Source: a virus
Taxonomy: Duplodnaviria; Heunggongvirae; Uroviricota; Caudoviricetes
Virus record (IMG/VR): IMGVR_UViG_3300029305_004380
Location: 2,042 to 66,041 of that record
Reading direction: 5' to 3' (one strand)
DNA: 64,000 bases
The notes below the pieces were generated by a model. It was given only the letters and a program-made list of their open reading frames with translations. It made no database searches and had not been told where the DNA came from. The first letter of the stretch is position 1; the number at the start of each line of letters is the position of its first letter. A program made the position numbers and the translations under genes. Positions 35,663-45,872 of the stretch are shown piece after piece.

Positions 35663-36181
35663 TTATGATCTTTTATATAAACCTAATTCTTCCATTCTTT
35701 TTGATATTAATTTTTTACAAGAACTTAATAATTCCTGAGCAATATCCATTTTTTGAGAAATAATTTTAACTGATCGTTTCCATGTAGTTTCCAATAACAT
35801 TTCTTCTTTTATTGCTAATTCAGCACCTGATTTTTTATCAGCGATAGTACCTTCTTGTATAATAAATGCTTCGTTATAATTAGTTTGCTTTATTATTTTA
35901 GATAAATCTTCTTTAATACCAACTTTCATCAATACATTATTAAGTTCGTATATTAATATAGGCAATCTAATAATTAATTTCTCTAATTCTTTGTCAGATA
36001 TTTCATAATTTTCTTTATTTATCTTCTTATGCATTATATTCATAAGTTCATCTAATTCTAAAGTAAGCTCATTTATACGATCTATTATGGTTTTACCTAT
36101 TATAGATTCTGCATGTTCTAATAACTCATCGCAATTTTGTAATTTAATTTCACTAATAATGTCTTTTAAAAAATCGGCCAT
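35663..36181 (-). CDS. hypothetical protein (172 aa)
   Basis: ORF track. Confidence 0.5.
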   Translation of the reverse strand: MADFLKDIISEIKLQNCDELLEHAESIIGKTIIDRINELTLELDELMNIMHKKINKENYEISDKELEKLIIRLPILIYELNNVLMKVGIKEDLSKIIKQTNYNEAFIIQEGTIADKKSGAELAIKEEMLLETTWKRSVKIISQKMDIAQELLSSCKKLISKRMEELGLYKRS

Positions 36182-36192
36182 AATTATTTCCT

Positions 36193-36735
36193 TTATTTAC
36201 CTGAATTTCCAAATCCAGTATCTCCTCGATTGGTATTCATAATTTCTTCTTTTGTCAAACCAGTTTCTTTCATATAATCTTCTAGAGATACCCATTCAAT
36301 GCTGTAAGTTTTATAAATATCTAAACTGCACGGTCTTTCTCCTTTTTCAATGGTAATATCTTTGTCTGTCACATTGTACAAAAGAGCATTGATACAACCA
36401 CGATAATTCAAATCTACATGCGCAGGTCCCACTAATAAACCTTCAAGCCATCTACCACCTCTTGTTCTACATGCAATACCAAAACCTTCAGGAATAATAG
36501 TTCCAATACCAAGTGATACTTTAGCTGAACCATGAGCTGGAATCGTTACTGTTTCATGAGCATATGCATCATATCCAATATCACCTTCTTTATTTCTCTT
36601 AGGAAGCATTAATTCACCATCTCCTGAAAAATCAAGATATGGTACCTGTATTGTATTTTCAGTACAATTCATTGTTTCCATCATATGTTCCAATGTTGTT
36701 ATCCTATTTTCTAATTGTGCTAATACTTTATTCAT
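36193..36735 (-). CDS. dUTPase-family (trimeric dUTPase/dCTP-deaminase fold) enzyme with N-terminal coiled-coil extension (180 aa)
   Basis: dUTPase motifs: IGYDAYA (motif 1), RTRGG (motif 2-like) and GPAHVDLNYRG (motif 3, D...YRG). Confidence 0.65.
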   Translation of the reverse strand: MNKVLAQLENRITTLEHMMETMNCTENTIQVPYLDFSGDGELMLPKRNKEGDIGYDAYAHETVTIPAHGSAKVSLGIGTIIPEGFGIACRTRGGRWLEGLLVGPAHVDLNYRGCINALLYNVTDKDITIEKGERPCSLDIYKTYSIEWVSLEDYMKETGLTKEEIMNTNRGDTGFGNSGK

Positions 36736-36854
36736 ATTATGTACTCTCCTTTGTTTTTTCTTATTTATTATAATATGTTATCAGATTAAATATTATTTAA
36801 AAGATAATAATTTATATTATGTTTTAATTTAAATGTCTTAGAATGCATTCTGAA

Positions 36855-38135
36855 TTACACGTTTATATAATTATTTTTAGCATCTTCTAATAATTGACCA
36901 TCTCTCCAAATATTAAAACAATGATTTTCAGTGAGATCAATAATATTCTTATTTTTAAATTGTTCTCTTACTTTTCTCCAATTTATACCTACATTATCTA
37001 AACCTCTTTGATGAATCCATTTAATATATTCTATATGACCAAAATTATTTTTCATTTCCTGTTGTTGCTGAGTAAATCTTTCTTGAATACTATCAAAATT
37101 CATAGTACCCATTGCAACTGAACTGTATGTCATCCATCTAAATTCACAATTTATAAGACCTGCTTCTAATCCTCTAATAAGTAAATCTAAATCATCATGT
37201 CCATTGCCTATAAGAGTTCTATAATTTAAACCAGACTCTTTAAGTCTCTTTAAATTTAAACAAACAGTTCCTGTAGGAAGTCCTGATAATAATCTCATTG
37301 ATTTTTCTACATTTATAAAATCAGGAACCCAACTAAATCCTTGCATCATACCTGTGGTAAACATCACATTATATTTTTTAGCAACATATTCCATACCAAT
37401 CTGCCACATTGCCATAGTTTTTCCAAAGTTTTGTGTAGTAACTCCTTGAGCTTTTGGTTCACCATTTGCTCTAAACCAAGGAACCGTATGACAAAAATTA
37501 GTAATATCATCGTCACACATAAATATAAAATCATATTTCTTAGAAAAAGCATTTACAATTTGTTCTCTAGTTTTTCCAATGTCATCTATTAATTCATCAG
37601 GAAATGCTTTTATATGTATATAATCATTATATTTTATATACTCTGATGCTTCATACAGTTCTTTTTGAGATTGTCTCACAATAATATAAATTGGATATTC
37701 ATAACCAGGAACAACTATGTCTTTAATCCATTTTACAAAACCACAATTAGGTCTATTATATGATGGAATTACTATAGGGAATAATCTATCCTTTACAATA
37801 TCATACGCTGCTTCATAAAGTTTGTTACTCCAACAATCAACTGCTAATAGCTCTTCAGTTGTAACTTTCGGAGCTTTAACTCTTGGAGTTTTTTCATATT
37901 TCATTTTTTTACCTTCAATATATTGCTCTAAAGATATATTTTTTTTATTTAATTCATCTTTTAATTTTATTACCTCCTCCCAACATTTTTTACACTTTTC
38001 ATCGACACAATCATTACATTCTTTATCACAATTTATAACCGCTTCAACATATGAACTCATGTTTGAAATATTTTTAGGACATTTAAATTCATTTGCTAAA
38101 ACATTTAATATTGTGTCAGTTTTTAATTTTGCCAT
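36855..38135 (-). CDS. putative glycosyltransferase (GT-A-like) with N-terminal Cys-rich zinc-binding region (426 aa)
   Basis: PIVIPSYNRP resembles the GT2 N-terminal strand motif. An acidic DDD (FMCDDDITNF) lies about 85 residues downstream, as a DxD motif would. N-terminal CxxC-x-CxxC cluster. This is a tentative fold assignment. Confidence 0.35.
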   Translation of the reverse strand: MAKLKTDTILNVLANEFKCPKNISNMSSYVEAVINCDKECNDCVDEKCKKCWEEVIKLKDELNKKNISLEQYIEGKKMKYEKTPRVKAPKVTTEELLAVDCWSNKLYEAAYDIVKDRLFPIVIPSYNRPNCGFVKWIKDIVVPGYEYPIYIIVRQSQKELYEASEYIKYNDYIHIKAFPDELIDDIGKTREQIVNAFSKKYDFIFMCDDDITNFCHTVPWFRANGEPKAQGVTTQNFGKTMAMWQIGMEYVAKKYNVMFTTGMMQGFSWVPDFINVEKSMRLLSGLPTGTVCLNLKRLKESGLNYRTLIGNGHDDLDLLIRGLEAGLINCEFRWMTYSSVAMGTMNFDSIQERFTQQQQEMKNNFGHIEYIKWIHQRGLDNVGINWRKVREQFKNKNIIDLTENHCFNIWRDGQLLEDAKNNYINV

Positions 38136-38151
38136 TTTTATTCCTCCTTTT

Positions 38152-38874
38152 TTAATATCCCATTTTGTCTGTTAATGTTTCATCATTTATTATCCAATCA
38201 TTAACTTCTTTTATAATAAAATTATCATTAGGCCTTGCAAACACCACATATTTAATACCTGCATTAATGATTATTTTTTTACACATTTGACACGATTCTA
38301 AATTCTCTATAATATTTCCATCAATATCACTTCCATATAAATATAAAGTAGAATCAATCATTTTTTCTCTTTCAGCATTTATAATTGCATTCATTTCACT
38401 ATGAACACTTCTACATAATTCATATCTTTCTCCTCTTGGAATATTCATTTGTTCTCTTCTACAATATCCTAAATCGATACAATTCATAGTTAATCTGGGA
38501 GAGCCATTATATCCTGTAGAAATTATAGTGTCATTTTTAACAATAACAGAACCATATTTTTTCCTTAAACAGGTAGATCTAGTAGATACTTCTTTTGCAA
38601 TATTTAAATAATATACATGCTTAGAAGGTCTTTCACATGTTTTATCATTTAATTTGTTGTATTGTTCACTGCATTTATTGCAATAATGATGTTTTTCATA
38701 TACATTCCATCCAGATTCATTATATGCACCAACTAAAAGTTTAAAATTATTTATACCTTTAAAAATCATCTTTTTATCACATATATAACATTTAAAATTT
38801 ATGCAATTTTCATTTTTATATTTACTATCTAAATATTTTTTATTCAAACTATTTATTAAATCTATATTTTTCAT
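38152..38874 (-). CDS. dCMP deaminase with N-terminal zinc-finger extension (240 aa)
   Basis: Cytidine/dCMP deaminase zinc motifs HSEMNAI (H-x-E) and SCQMCKK (PCxxC-type) with correct spacing. Confidence 0.8.
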   Translation of the reverse strand: MKNIDLINSLNKKYLDSKYKNENCINFKCYICDKKMIFKGINNFKLLVGAYNESGWNVYEKHHYCNKCSEQYNKLNDKTCERPSKHVYYLNIAKEVSTRSTCLRKKYGSVIVKNDTIISTGYNGSPRLTMNCIDLGYCRREQMNIPRGERYELCRSVHSEMNAIINAEREKMIDSTLYLYGSDIDGNIIENLESCQMCKKIIINAGIKYVVFARPNDNFIIKEVNDWIINDETLTDKMGY

Positions 38875-38954
38875 TAAACACTCATTCCTTCATTAATTAT
38901 AAACTATAATACACAATAAATATAATTGTATTTACGTAATGTTATTATTTCTAT

Positions 38955-40721
38955 TTATGAAATTTCTATAGAAGATATTTGATTTTTATCTTTAGTAACC
39001 GTAATCATATGATCCATTGCTATTTCTTTAATATCTCTATGAGAAATTATAAATGTTGTTTCAACGTCTTGCATTTCATTACAAATTAAATCTAATATGA
39101 TATTAAATGATATTTCATCACATCCATCAAATATTTCATCTAATATTAATATATTTGATGAAATAGAATTCATTAATTGTGCTAAAAATCTCTGAGCAAT
39201 TATAATAGCTATATCTACTTTTTTTCTTTCACCACCTGATAATTGTTCGTATGTTTTTTCGTTAAGATAAATATCTAATTTGTTATCTCCTTCAATAACT
39301 ATTGTTTCATTTTCAAACAACAAACTTGATAATTCTTTTAATTTTGTATTAAGTCCAATAATGACATTATTTAACAAATATGATTTAAAATGTGTTGTAG
39401 ATAATCTCACACAATGCTGAATTAATGATAATTCTCTATTTAAATCTTTTAATTTATCATTATTTTTATTTATATTTTCTGCGTATGAACATACTTCATC
39501 ACTTAGTTCATAAATTTTATTTTGAAATTCAAAAACGTTATTTCTTAAACTTGCAATTTTTGTATCTTTTTGCAACTCTTGTTCATATTCAGCATGCAAT
39601 AAATTTAAATTATTTTTTAATTCATTCAATGAACTTGACATACTATTTAATTTAGTATACATGTTATTAGATATAATGTTTTGTGTTTCATAATCTTTTT
39701 GTTTACATTCTATTTCATTTGTTAATCTTGTGATTTCGTCATTTAATTCAGTGATATGATTTTTTATATGTTCATTTGATGAATAATCTTCTAATACAGT
39801 TCCGCACGTAGGACAAATCTTATTGTTCGAATACTTATTTACTTCTATTTTTAAATTTTTAATTTTATTATTATTTTCATCAATTGCATGTTTTAATGTA
39901 AATAATAATTGTTGTTGTTTATTAAATTTATCATTCACTGCTTCTTTTTGTGTTTCTAATGTCTTTATTTTTTTATTAATCTCATCAATATCATTTTGGC
40001 TAATATTAGATTTTTGATTAATCAACTCTCTTATTTGTTGTTGTGCATTCACCATCGATTGTTGAGTATCATCTGCTAATTTAAGTTGCATATCCATTTT
40101 AGCTCTTAATTCAGTCGTAGATAATTCATTATTCTTAATATTATAAATAACTTTACCTTCTTTAGTTTTAAGATTATTTACGAAATCTTCTAATCTATCA
40201 TTTATATGATACAATGACTCCAAAAGTTCTTTTCTTTCTTTAGGAGAATAAGTTGCAAATTTATTATTAAATCCTTGTGATAAAAATATAATTTGTGAAA
40301 ATATTTCATTGTCTATTTTTATAATATCTTTTATGATTTTATCTGAATCAGTTTTATTTCTTCCTGAAATATCTTCATTGTTTTTTAAAATAGTTAAATT
40401 AGTTTTATATTCTTTATGTTTCTGTGAACGCCGTATGATATAATTAGTATTGTCTACATCAACATTTAATTCCACAAAACAGCCATTTTTATAAAATTTA
40501 TTAACTACATCATTTGTAACTCCTGCTGGAGTTTTACCAAATAAGCACCAACATATACTTGATAATAATGAAGATTTACCAGCTCCATTAGATTTAGTTT
40601 TAGAATCATATTTATTAATACCTTTGATAAAACATGTTCCTAAATTATTAAAAGCAATTTCAGCTTTACCTAATGATTGAAAGCCTTCTAATCTCATAGA
40701 ATTGAATTTTAAATTAATCAT
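38955..40721 (-). CDS. sbcC: SbcC/Rad50-like ATPase, T4 gp46-like (588 aa)
   Basis: N-terminal Walker A GAGKSSLL, a long central coiled-coil with CPTCG zinc hook, and C-terminal LSGGERKK signature plus D-loop ILDEIFDG. Confidence 0.8.
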   Translation of the reverse strand: MINLKFNSMRLEGFQSLGKAEIAFNNLGTCFIKGINKYDSKTKSNGAGKSSLLSSICWCLFGKTPAGVTNDVVNKFYKNGCFVELNVDVDNTNYIIRRSQKHKEYKTNLTILKNNEDISGRNKTDSDKIIKDIIKIDNEIFSQIIFLSQGFNNKFATYSPKERKELLESLYHINDRLEDFVNNLKTKEGKVIYNIKNNELSTTELRAKMDMQLKLADDTQQSMVNAQQQIRELINQKSNISQNDIDEINKKIKTLETQKEAVNDKFNKQQQLLFTLKHAIDENNNKIKNLKIEVNKYSNNKICPTCGTVLEDYSSNEHIKNHITELNDEITRLTNEIECKQKDYETQNIISNNMYTKLNSMSSSLNELKNNLNLLHAEYEQELQKDTKIASLRNNVFEFQNKIYELSDEVCSYAENINKNNDKLKDLNRELSLIQHCVRLSTTHFKSYLLNNVIIGLNTKLKELSSLLFENETIVIEGDNKLDIYLNEKTYEQLSGGERKKVDIAIIIAQRFLAQLMNSISSNILILDEIFDGCDEISFNIILDLICNEMQDVETTFIISHRDIKEIAMDHMITVTKDKNQISSIEIS

Positions 40722-41839
40722 TTGTTTCCTCCCAACAGTGTAATATACTCATCTATGTTTCCTTTTAAATCATCTCTATTTGAAAGAAATTTAATAAACT
40801 CAGATTCAATATCTACATCCTTATTTATGTGCATATAATTATCATTCTGGACTTCTTTATTATATGTAAATATAAATCTATATTTTATAATATTTGGAAT
40901 ATCTGAAAGGGCTTTTTCAATATCTTCTTTTAAACTAAAATCACATTTAATTTTAACTATTATTTGATTATTTGTAGACTTTAAATCTTTACAAACAGAT
41001 TGTATATCTTCAAGACCATTTATATTATAACTCTTAAATAAAATTGAATGTGGATTTACAAACTGTTCAATATCCCCATTATCTGTATCAAATATATAAC
41101 ATGCAGGAACATGATTATTGCTGTCTGCAAAACTATGACTGGTCAATGATCCAACATTATATATCTTTTTATCATTTTTATTATATATTAATTCGTGACA
41201 ATGTATGTGACCATTTATTATTACATCAAAATGTTCAGCTAAATAATCTGTTGGAATATGATTTTCTATTTTTTTACTACCAAATAAAGTAGATCCATTT
41301 ATATCTCCATGCATAAATAATATTGCTTTAGAATTTAATCTCGGATATTCTATTAACATTTCATCTACAACTTTTATAAAATCTTTAGCTTCTTGAAAAT
41401 TAACAGCATAACAATCCCAAGCACCGCATGTATCAGATGGATTAGTATTAAAATACATATATTTATCAACCAATTGAGTATATCCACATAATTTTAAAAA
41501 TTCTAAAGAATTAAAAGTGTCATTTAATTTATCATGATTTCCAACAATACTAACATCTAATGAAGGATACCATGATAAAATTTCATATGGCTTATATATA
41601 TCATTTATAGTATGAACCAAAGTATGCATTTCATCAGAACTTATAACATGTGAGTCATATAAATCTCCACAATTTACTACTGTGTCTACTTTATTTTTTG
41701 CAAATATATCATAAGCCCATTTAATTGATTTTTTACACATATCTAATCTAGTTGTATATATTTCATTTTCTAAATAAGTAGGCATATTCCCGCTGTTATG
41801 TGAAATATGTACATCTGAATAAATTCCTATTTTTGCCAT
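40718..41839 (-). CDS. sbcD: SbcD/Mre11-like nuclease, T4 gp47-like (373 aa)
   Basis: Calcineurin-like phosphoesterase motifs DVH, GDLYD, GNHD, HGD and GHIH in canonical order. Overlaps sbcC by 4 nt. Confidence 0.8.
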   Translation of the reverse strand: MAKIGIYSDVHISHNSGNMPTYLENEIYTTRLDMCKKSIKWAYDIFAKNKVDTVVNCGDLYDSHVISSDEMHTLVHTINDIYKPYEILSWYPSLDVSIVGNHDKLNDTFNSLEFLKLCGYTQLVDKYMYFNTNPSDTCGAWDCYAVNFQEAKDFIKVVDEMLIEYPRLNSKAILFMHGDINGSTLFGSKKIENHIPTDYLAEHFDVIINGHIHCHELIYNKNDKKIYNVGSLTSHSFADSNNHVPACYIFDTDNGDIEQFVNPHSILFKSYNINGLEDIQSVCKDLKSTNNQIIVKIKCDFSLKEDIEKALSDIPNIIKYRFIFTYNKEVQNDNYMHINKDVDIESEFIKFLSNRDDLKGNIDEYITLLGGNK

Positions 41840-41857
41840 TTATAAACTTCCTTTCAT

Positions 41858-43159
41858 TTAAAAATCAATATTTCTATCTTTAAGTGATTTTTTTATTAAA
41901 TATTTTCTATTAGATAATTGTTTAGGTGTTATATTTAATGTTCCACATATAGTATCAACATCATACGTATTACAATCGTTTAGAAATTGTTTTAATCCTT
42001 CTATGTCATCATATTTAATAGTTGGCTGCCAGTTCTTTGGTCTTTTACCTTTTTTCTTATTTTTATCAGAGACTAATAGTTTATCATTATTCATTTCATT
42101 TTTAGTGTCTACCTCTGGTTTATTTTTTTCGTTATCTATTAAATCTTTATAATTAATACCTTTTCTTTTTAAAAATGATTGTATTGCACTTTTTTTATCA
42201 TAAAGTTTTTGAATATTTTCTAAGTTGTATTTTTTCATACAAGATGCTTTACTCATACTATAATAATCTTTTATAAATTGTGTTGAAAATTCAATTGTAT
42301 ATCTTACCGTGTTTGCTTTTCTATTATCTTTTTTCTCAATATCTTCTTCTTTGATTGCTTCATTTGAAGATTTAATTGATTGTTCAAATATATTTTTCGC
42401 AGGAGTTAATGTATTTCCAATAGATTTGTATAAATATATTAAAGAATTTAAAATATCATCTAATTTTTTAGAATTAGCAACATATAAATCTTTTACTATT
42501 TTTAAATCCTCATGAAATGAAACGGTTGACTTATTTGTTTCATCTATCATTGATTTTAAGTTGGTTATATTATCATTTGTGGTTATAAACTTATTTTGTA
42601 TGTCTGTAAAAGAATTAATATAATTAACAGTGTCTCTACTATTCACATTGTTAACGTGTTCTTCATATTTAGTAAATTTATCTTCAATATATTTATCAAA
42701 CTTAGCAGTTTTTTGTTTGATAATTAAATTTAAAGTAGATTCCAGTTTATTTAAAAAATCAAGAGAAGATAATTCCCGTTCTGATATATTTAAATCAAAT
42801 TCTACAGCAAGGGCTATATCTATTTTTTTCATAACTAATTCAGATAATCTACCTATATATTCACCTAAATCATGTTTATTAATACACCTACATTGTTCTA
42901 ATAAAATTACTTGCGGTCTACCTTCAAATTCATAATAAACTTGATATGGTCCTACTGAAGATTTAGGTCTGGTGGTTATAGGAGCTATAGTTACTACATC
43001 ACCTTTTTTATTTCCTATATCATTTGATATAATAACTACTGGTCTTTTTTTACCTTCAATTCTATTAGGTTGTATATCTCCTAAATCATAATAATAAACA
43101 TTTCCTCTACTAAATACGTCCAACATTAATCTTTCTCCTTTGTATAACAATTTATCCAT
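41858..43159 (-). CDS. MazF/PemK/EndoA-family endoribonuclease domain fused to about 300 aa C-terminal extension (433 aa)
   Basis: Residues about 15-125 match the EndoA/MazF family closely: RGNVYYYDLG...GKKRPVVIISNDIGN...VAPIT...VILLEQCRCINK...KIDIALAVEF. The rest is coiled-coil, Lys-rich, with a possible C-terminal HTH. Confidence 0.7.
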   Translation of the reverse strand: MDKLLYKGERLMLDVFSRGNVYYYDLGDIQPNRIEGKKRPVVIISNDIGNKKGDVVTIAPITTRPKSSVGPYQVYYEFEGRPQVILLEQCRCINKHDLGEYIGRLSELVMKKIDIALAVEFDLNISERELSSLDFLNKLESTLNLIIKQKTAKFDKYIEDKFTKYEEHVNNVNSRDTVNYINSFTDIQNKFITTNDNITNLKSMIDETNKSTVSFHEDLKIVKDLYVANSKKLDDILNSLIYLYKSIGNTLTPAKNIFEQSIKSSNEAIKEEDIEKKDNRKANTVRYTIEFSTQFIKDYYSMSKASCMKKYNLENIQKLYDKKSAIQSFLKRKGINYKDLIDNEKNKPEVDTKNEMNNDKLLVSDKNKKKGKRPKNWQPTIKYDDIEGLKQFLNDCNTYDVDTICGTLNITPKQLSNRKYLIKKSLKDRNIDF

Positions 43160-43262
43160 TTTATTAACTTCCTATATAATATAATAGCAGTAATATAAGT
43201 TTATTATTTAATAATTCATAAATTTATAATTATACTTATATTTCTTATAATTCTATTTATAC

Positions 43263-43296
43263 AAAAAATAAAGCGATGAAAAACATCGCTTTATAA
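43263..43296 (-). terminator. intrinsic terminator (AAAGCGATG / CATCGCTTT)
   Basis: A 9 bp stem and 5 nt A loop, with A and T runs both sides. Confidence 0.55.
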
Positions 43297-43483
43297 TAAA
43301 TATGTGTTATATAATTTATTTTCAAGAAATTTAGGAATTTTTATTTTCTTAATTGTTATATAATTCCTATAATTTTCATCTTTAATTCTATATTTTACGT
43401 TTTTGTGTAACACTGTTTTTGTGTTTATATCAAAATATCTTCGATTAAATACCAAACATTTTATCATATTTGCAAACTCCCAA

Positions 43484-44221
43484 TTATATCAATTTATTAT
43501 GTAATTGTTTCATATGTTTCTTTACCATTCCTGCCCAATCAGAACCATCGGGACAGTATTTTGATTCAATAGAGTCAATTGAAGTTCTAGAGCCATAGCT
43601 ATTATGTATTAATTTTCCAAAATACATTATACATTCATGTTGGCTACTAAATTTCATCCACCCTGACTTTCCTCTAAAACCAAAATAATTATGAGTATTA
43701 GCTTTCTTAGTACCGTAAGCTGATTCATGCATTGCAACCGCCATAGCAAATAATGCATTCACTTCATGTTCATTTTCCATTTGAAAAAATGATTCACCAG
43801 TATTTGCTAATCCTGTACCTTCAAGCATTTTATTTAATTGTTTTATTGAATATCCACTTTTAGAATGAGGATTATAGTTAATCGTATTAGGAATGTTATC
43901 AACATTGTTAATATCATCTAACTGTAATTTTAATTGTTCTATTTCAGCTTTTAATTGTTGTATTTGAGTTTCATATTCTGCATTTTGTGTTTTTAAGTCG
44001 TTTATAATATCGTTTTGTTCATTATAAACAAGTCTTGTATTAAAAAAATATGAATTACGTAAAGGTAATTGTAAATCATCAATCAATCTATATCTAAACG
44101 GCATAATATCTACCGATTGAGATTGTGAAGCGCTGCATACCATAGATGAATTTATAGTCCAAATTAAAATAATCATAACACACATTAATATTTTTATAAT
44201 TTTACTTCTTAATAATTTCAT
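43484..44221 (-). CDS. secreted GH73-type glucosaminidase (peptidoglycan hydrolase) with signal peptide and coiled-coil linker (245 aa)
   Basis: N-terminal signal/TM. C-terminal AMAVAMHESAYG...NYFGFRG resembles the FlgJ/LytD glucosaminidase core. Confidence 0.6.
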   Translation of the reverse strand: MKLLRSKIIKILMCVMIILIWTINSSMVCSASQSQSVDIMPFRYRLIDDLQLPLRNSYFFNTRLVYNEQNDIINDLKTQNAEYETQIQQLKAEIEQLKLQLDDINNVDNIPNTINYNPHSKSGYSIKQLNKMLEGTGLANTGESFFQMENEHEVNALFAMAVAMHESAYGTKKANTHNYFGFRGKSGWMKFSSQHECIMYFGKLIHNSYGSRTSIDSIESKYCPDGSDWAGMVKKHMKQLHNKLI

Positions 44222-44293
44222 TTACTTTAACTCCTTACTTAGTTAATTATGTTGATTGCTAACATAAGGATAATTTCAATTAATTTTAATTAA

Positions 44294-44584
44294 TTATTCA
44301 ATTATTGCCAATATCTCAGATTGTTTAACTATCCTATAATTTTCGTTTTCAATGTTTATTTCACTGCCTATCCATTCAGGCACTATAACCTTATCTCCAG
44401 GTTTTACTACAATTTTAACATCAACATCATTTATTATTCCACCAGGTCCAACTTCTATAACCTCGTGTATATATTTATTAATATCATTTTTTGCGTTGTT
44501 TGTTAATATGATAGATGTTTTTTGTATTTCTTCGAATTTACATTTCTTAATAATTACTCTATCTAATGTAGGATTAATATTCAT
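44294..44584 (-). CDS. groES: GroES-family co-chaperonin (96 aa after start trimming)
   Basis: INPTLDRVIIKK...SIILT...EVIEVGPG...VKPGDKVIV...YRIVKQSEILAIIE aligns along the full length with bacterial GroES. Confidence 0.75.
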   Translation of the reverse strand: MNINPTLDRVIIKKCKFEEIQKTSIILTNNAKNDINKYIHEVIEVGPGGIINDVDVKIVVKPGDKVIVPEWIGSEINIENENYRIVKQSEILAIIE

Positions 44585-44704
44585 AAGTGTTACACTCTCC
44601 AAATCATGTTATTTATTTCAGTATAAATAAATTACCTAATAATCATGTAAAAATTTCATTATATCACCTCCAAATTAAATACTATTTATATTTTATAGGT
44701 TTAA

Positions 44705-44757
44705 TAAAAAATTTGAATTCATTATTTAAAATTTAATTATAATGAATTCAAATTTTT
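44705..44757 (-). terminator. intrinsic terminator, 13 bp stem (TTTGAATTCATTA / TAATGAATTCAAA)
   Basis: Perfect inverted repeat with A and T runs. It follows the SSB gene. Confidence 0.55.
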
Positions 44758-44778
44758 AACATTATTTTAAATATTAGA

Positions 44779-45828
44779 TTATACGCATTCTGAATCCCAC
44801 GGACATGCTGCGCACTCTTCATTATATTTATTATCACCATAACATGGTGGTCTTTCACCTAAAGGTTTAGATGTACTAACTGCATCAATATTACTTAAAT
44901 CTTCAGTCACACTTAAATTTATCTGCTCAGGTGTTACAGTAGACGCTAATAAATCAACTGAAGATGAAGTATTCACCGTTTGTTGAGGTTGATTTTGTAC
45001 TGGATTAGGTACACTCATAGGAGCAGCTTGCATATGTGCTTTTGTTACATCAACATTTCCAAAATATTGATTATTTATTGCTTCTACTATAGTTTTTTGA
45101 ATTTTTACATATTCATCTGTAGGTTTTGATGCAAACTTTACTTCTCTTAAATCTGGCATTTTAGACATAAATTCATTAAATGCACTTTCATCCGGTTCTC
45201 CTGATTCAGTTACACATAATGTAGAACTTGTACCTTTTGGATAAAAAGTATATTCTGGAAAACCATTAGCTTGTGTACCAACTTTAAGAGTAATATTTCT
45301 TGTTGTATTATTAACAAATAAGGTTTCAATTTCATCTTGAAATTCAACAATGAGTTTACTTAATTCATTTATAACTGATTTTGGAAACATGAATAATACT
45401 ATATCTCCTGATTTAGGAGTATTATTTCCATCTCCAAAATAATTATCAGGAGAATAACCAATCAATTTAGCAAACATTATTCCTCTTTTCTTAAAGCCAT
45501 ATGTTCTAAATACGTTTTTGTCATCTAATGTATTTTGAACATTTTCTATTGCATTACATATAGGACAATCCATACCATACATATGACGAAAACAAGGAAC
45601 TGATATTTTTTTATTATCAGCTTTATAATCATGAAATGTTAATTCTCGGTATAATAAACCTGATGGTTCATTACCAATAAATTTAAGTTCCAATCTACCA
45701 TTTGCATATGGATATAATGTTTTATATCCTAATCCTCCGCCGCTAGATGTATTAGATGCATCTGCTTGTTTTTGCATTTCTTTTGCTACAAGGTCTGTAA
45801 AATTAAATGCCATTTTAAATTCCTCCAT
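44779..45828 (-). CDS. T4 gp32-like single-stranded DNA-binding protein (349 aa)
   Basis: The LKFIGNEPS...FHDYK...PCFRH...DCPICN His/Cys zinc-site arrangement and an acidic Asp/Glu-rich C-terminus are typical of gp32-family SSBs. Confidence 0.55.
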   Translation of the reverse strand: MEEFKMAFNFTDLVAKEMQKQADASNTSSGGGLGYKTLYPYANGRLELKFIGNEPSGLLYRELTFHDYKADNKKISVPCFRHMYGMDCPICNAIENVQNTLDDKNVFRTYGFKKRGIMFAKLIGYSPDNYFGDGNNTPKSGDIVLFMFPKSVINELSKLIVEFQDEIETLFVNNTTRNITLKVGTQANGFPEYTFYPKGTSSTLCVTESGEPDESAFNEFMSKMPDLREVKFASKPTDEYVKIQKTIVEAINNQYFGNVDVTKAHMQAAPMSVPNPVQNQPQQTVNTSSSVDLLASTVTPEQINLSVTEDLSNIDAVSTSKPLGERPPCYGDNKYNEECAACPWDSECV

Positions 45829-45872
45829 TTGTTTTATAATTTTTATATTAATTAAAATTAATACCTATATTA

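Noticed and set aside
36839-36856. Perfect 12 bp palindrome AGAATGCATTCT at the glycosyltransferase-like gene stop, partly repeated (GCATTCTGAAT) at 44771-44790
   Set aside because: The second copy lies inside coding sequence (the C-terminal DSECV of the SSB gene). That makes two occurrences with one of them coding, which is insufficient to call a regulatory site.
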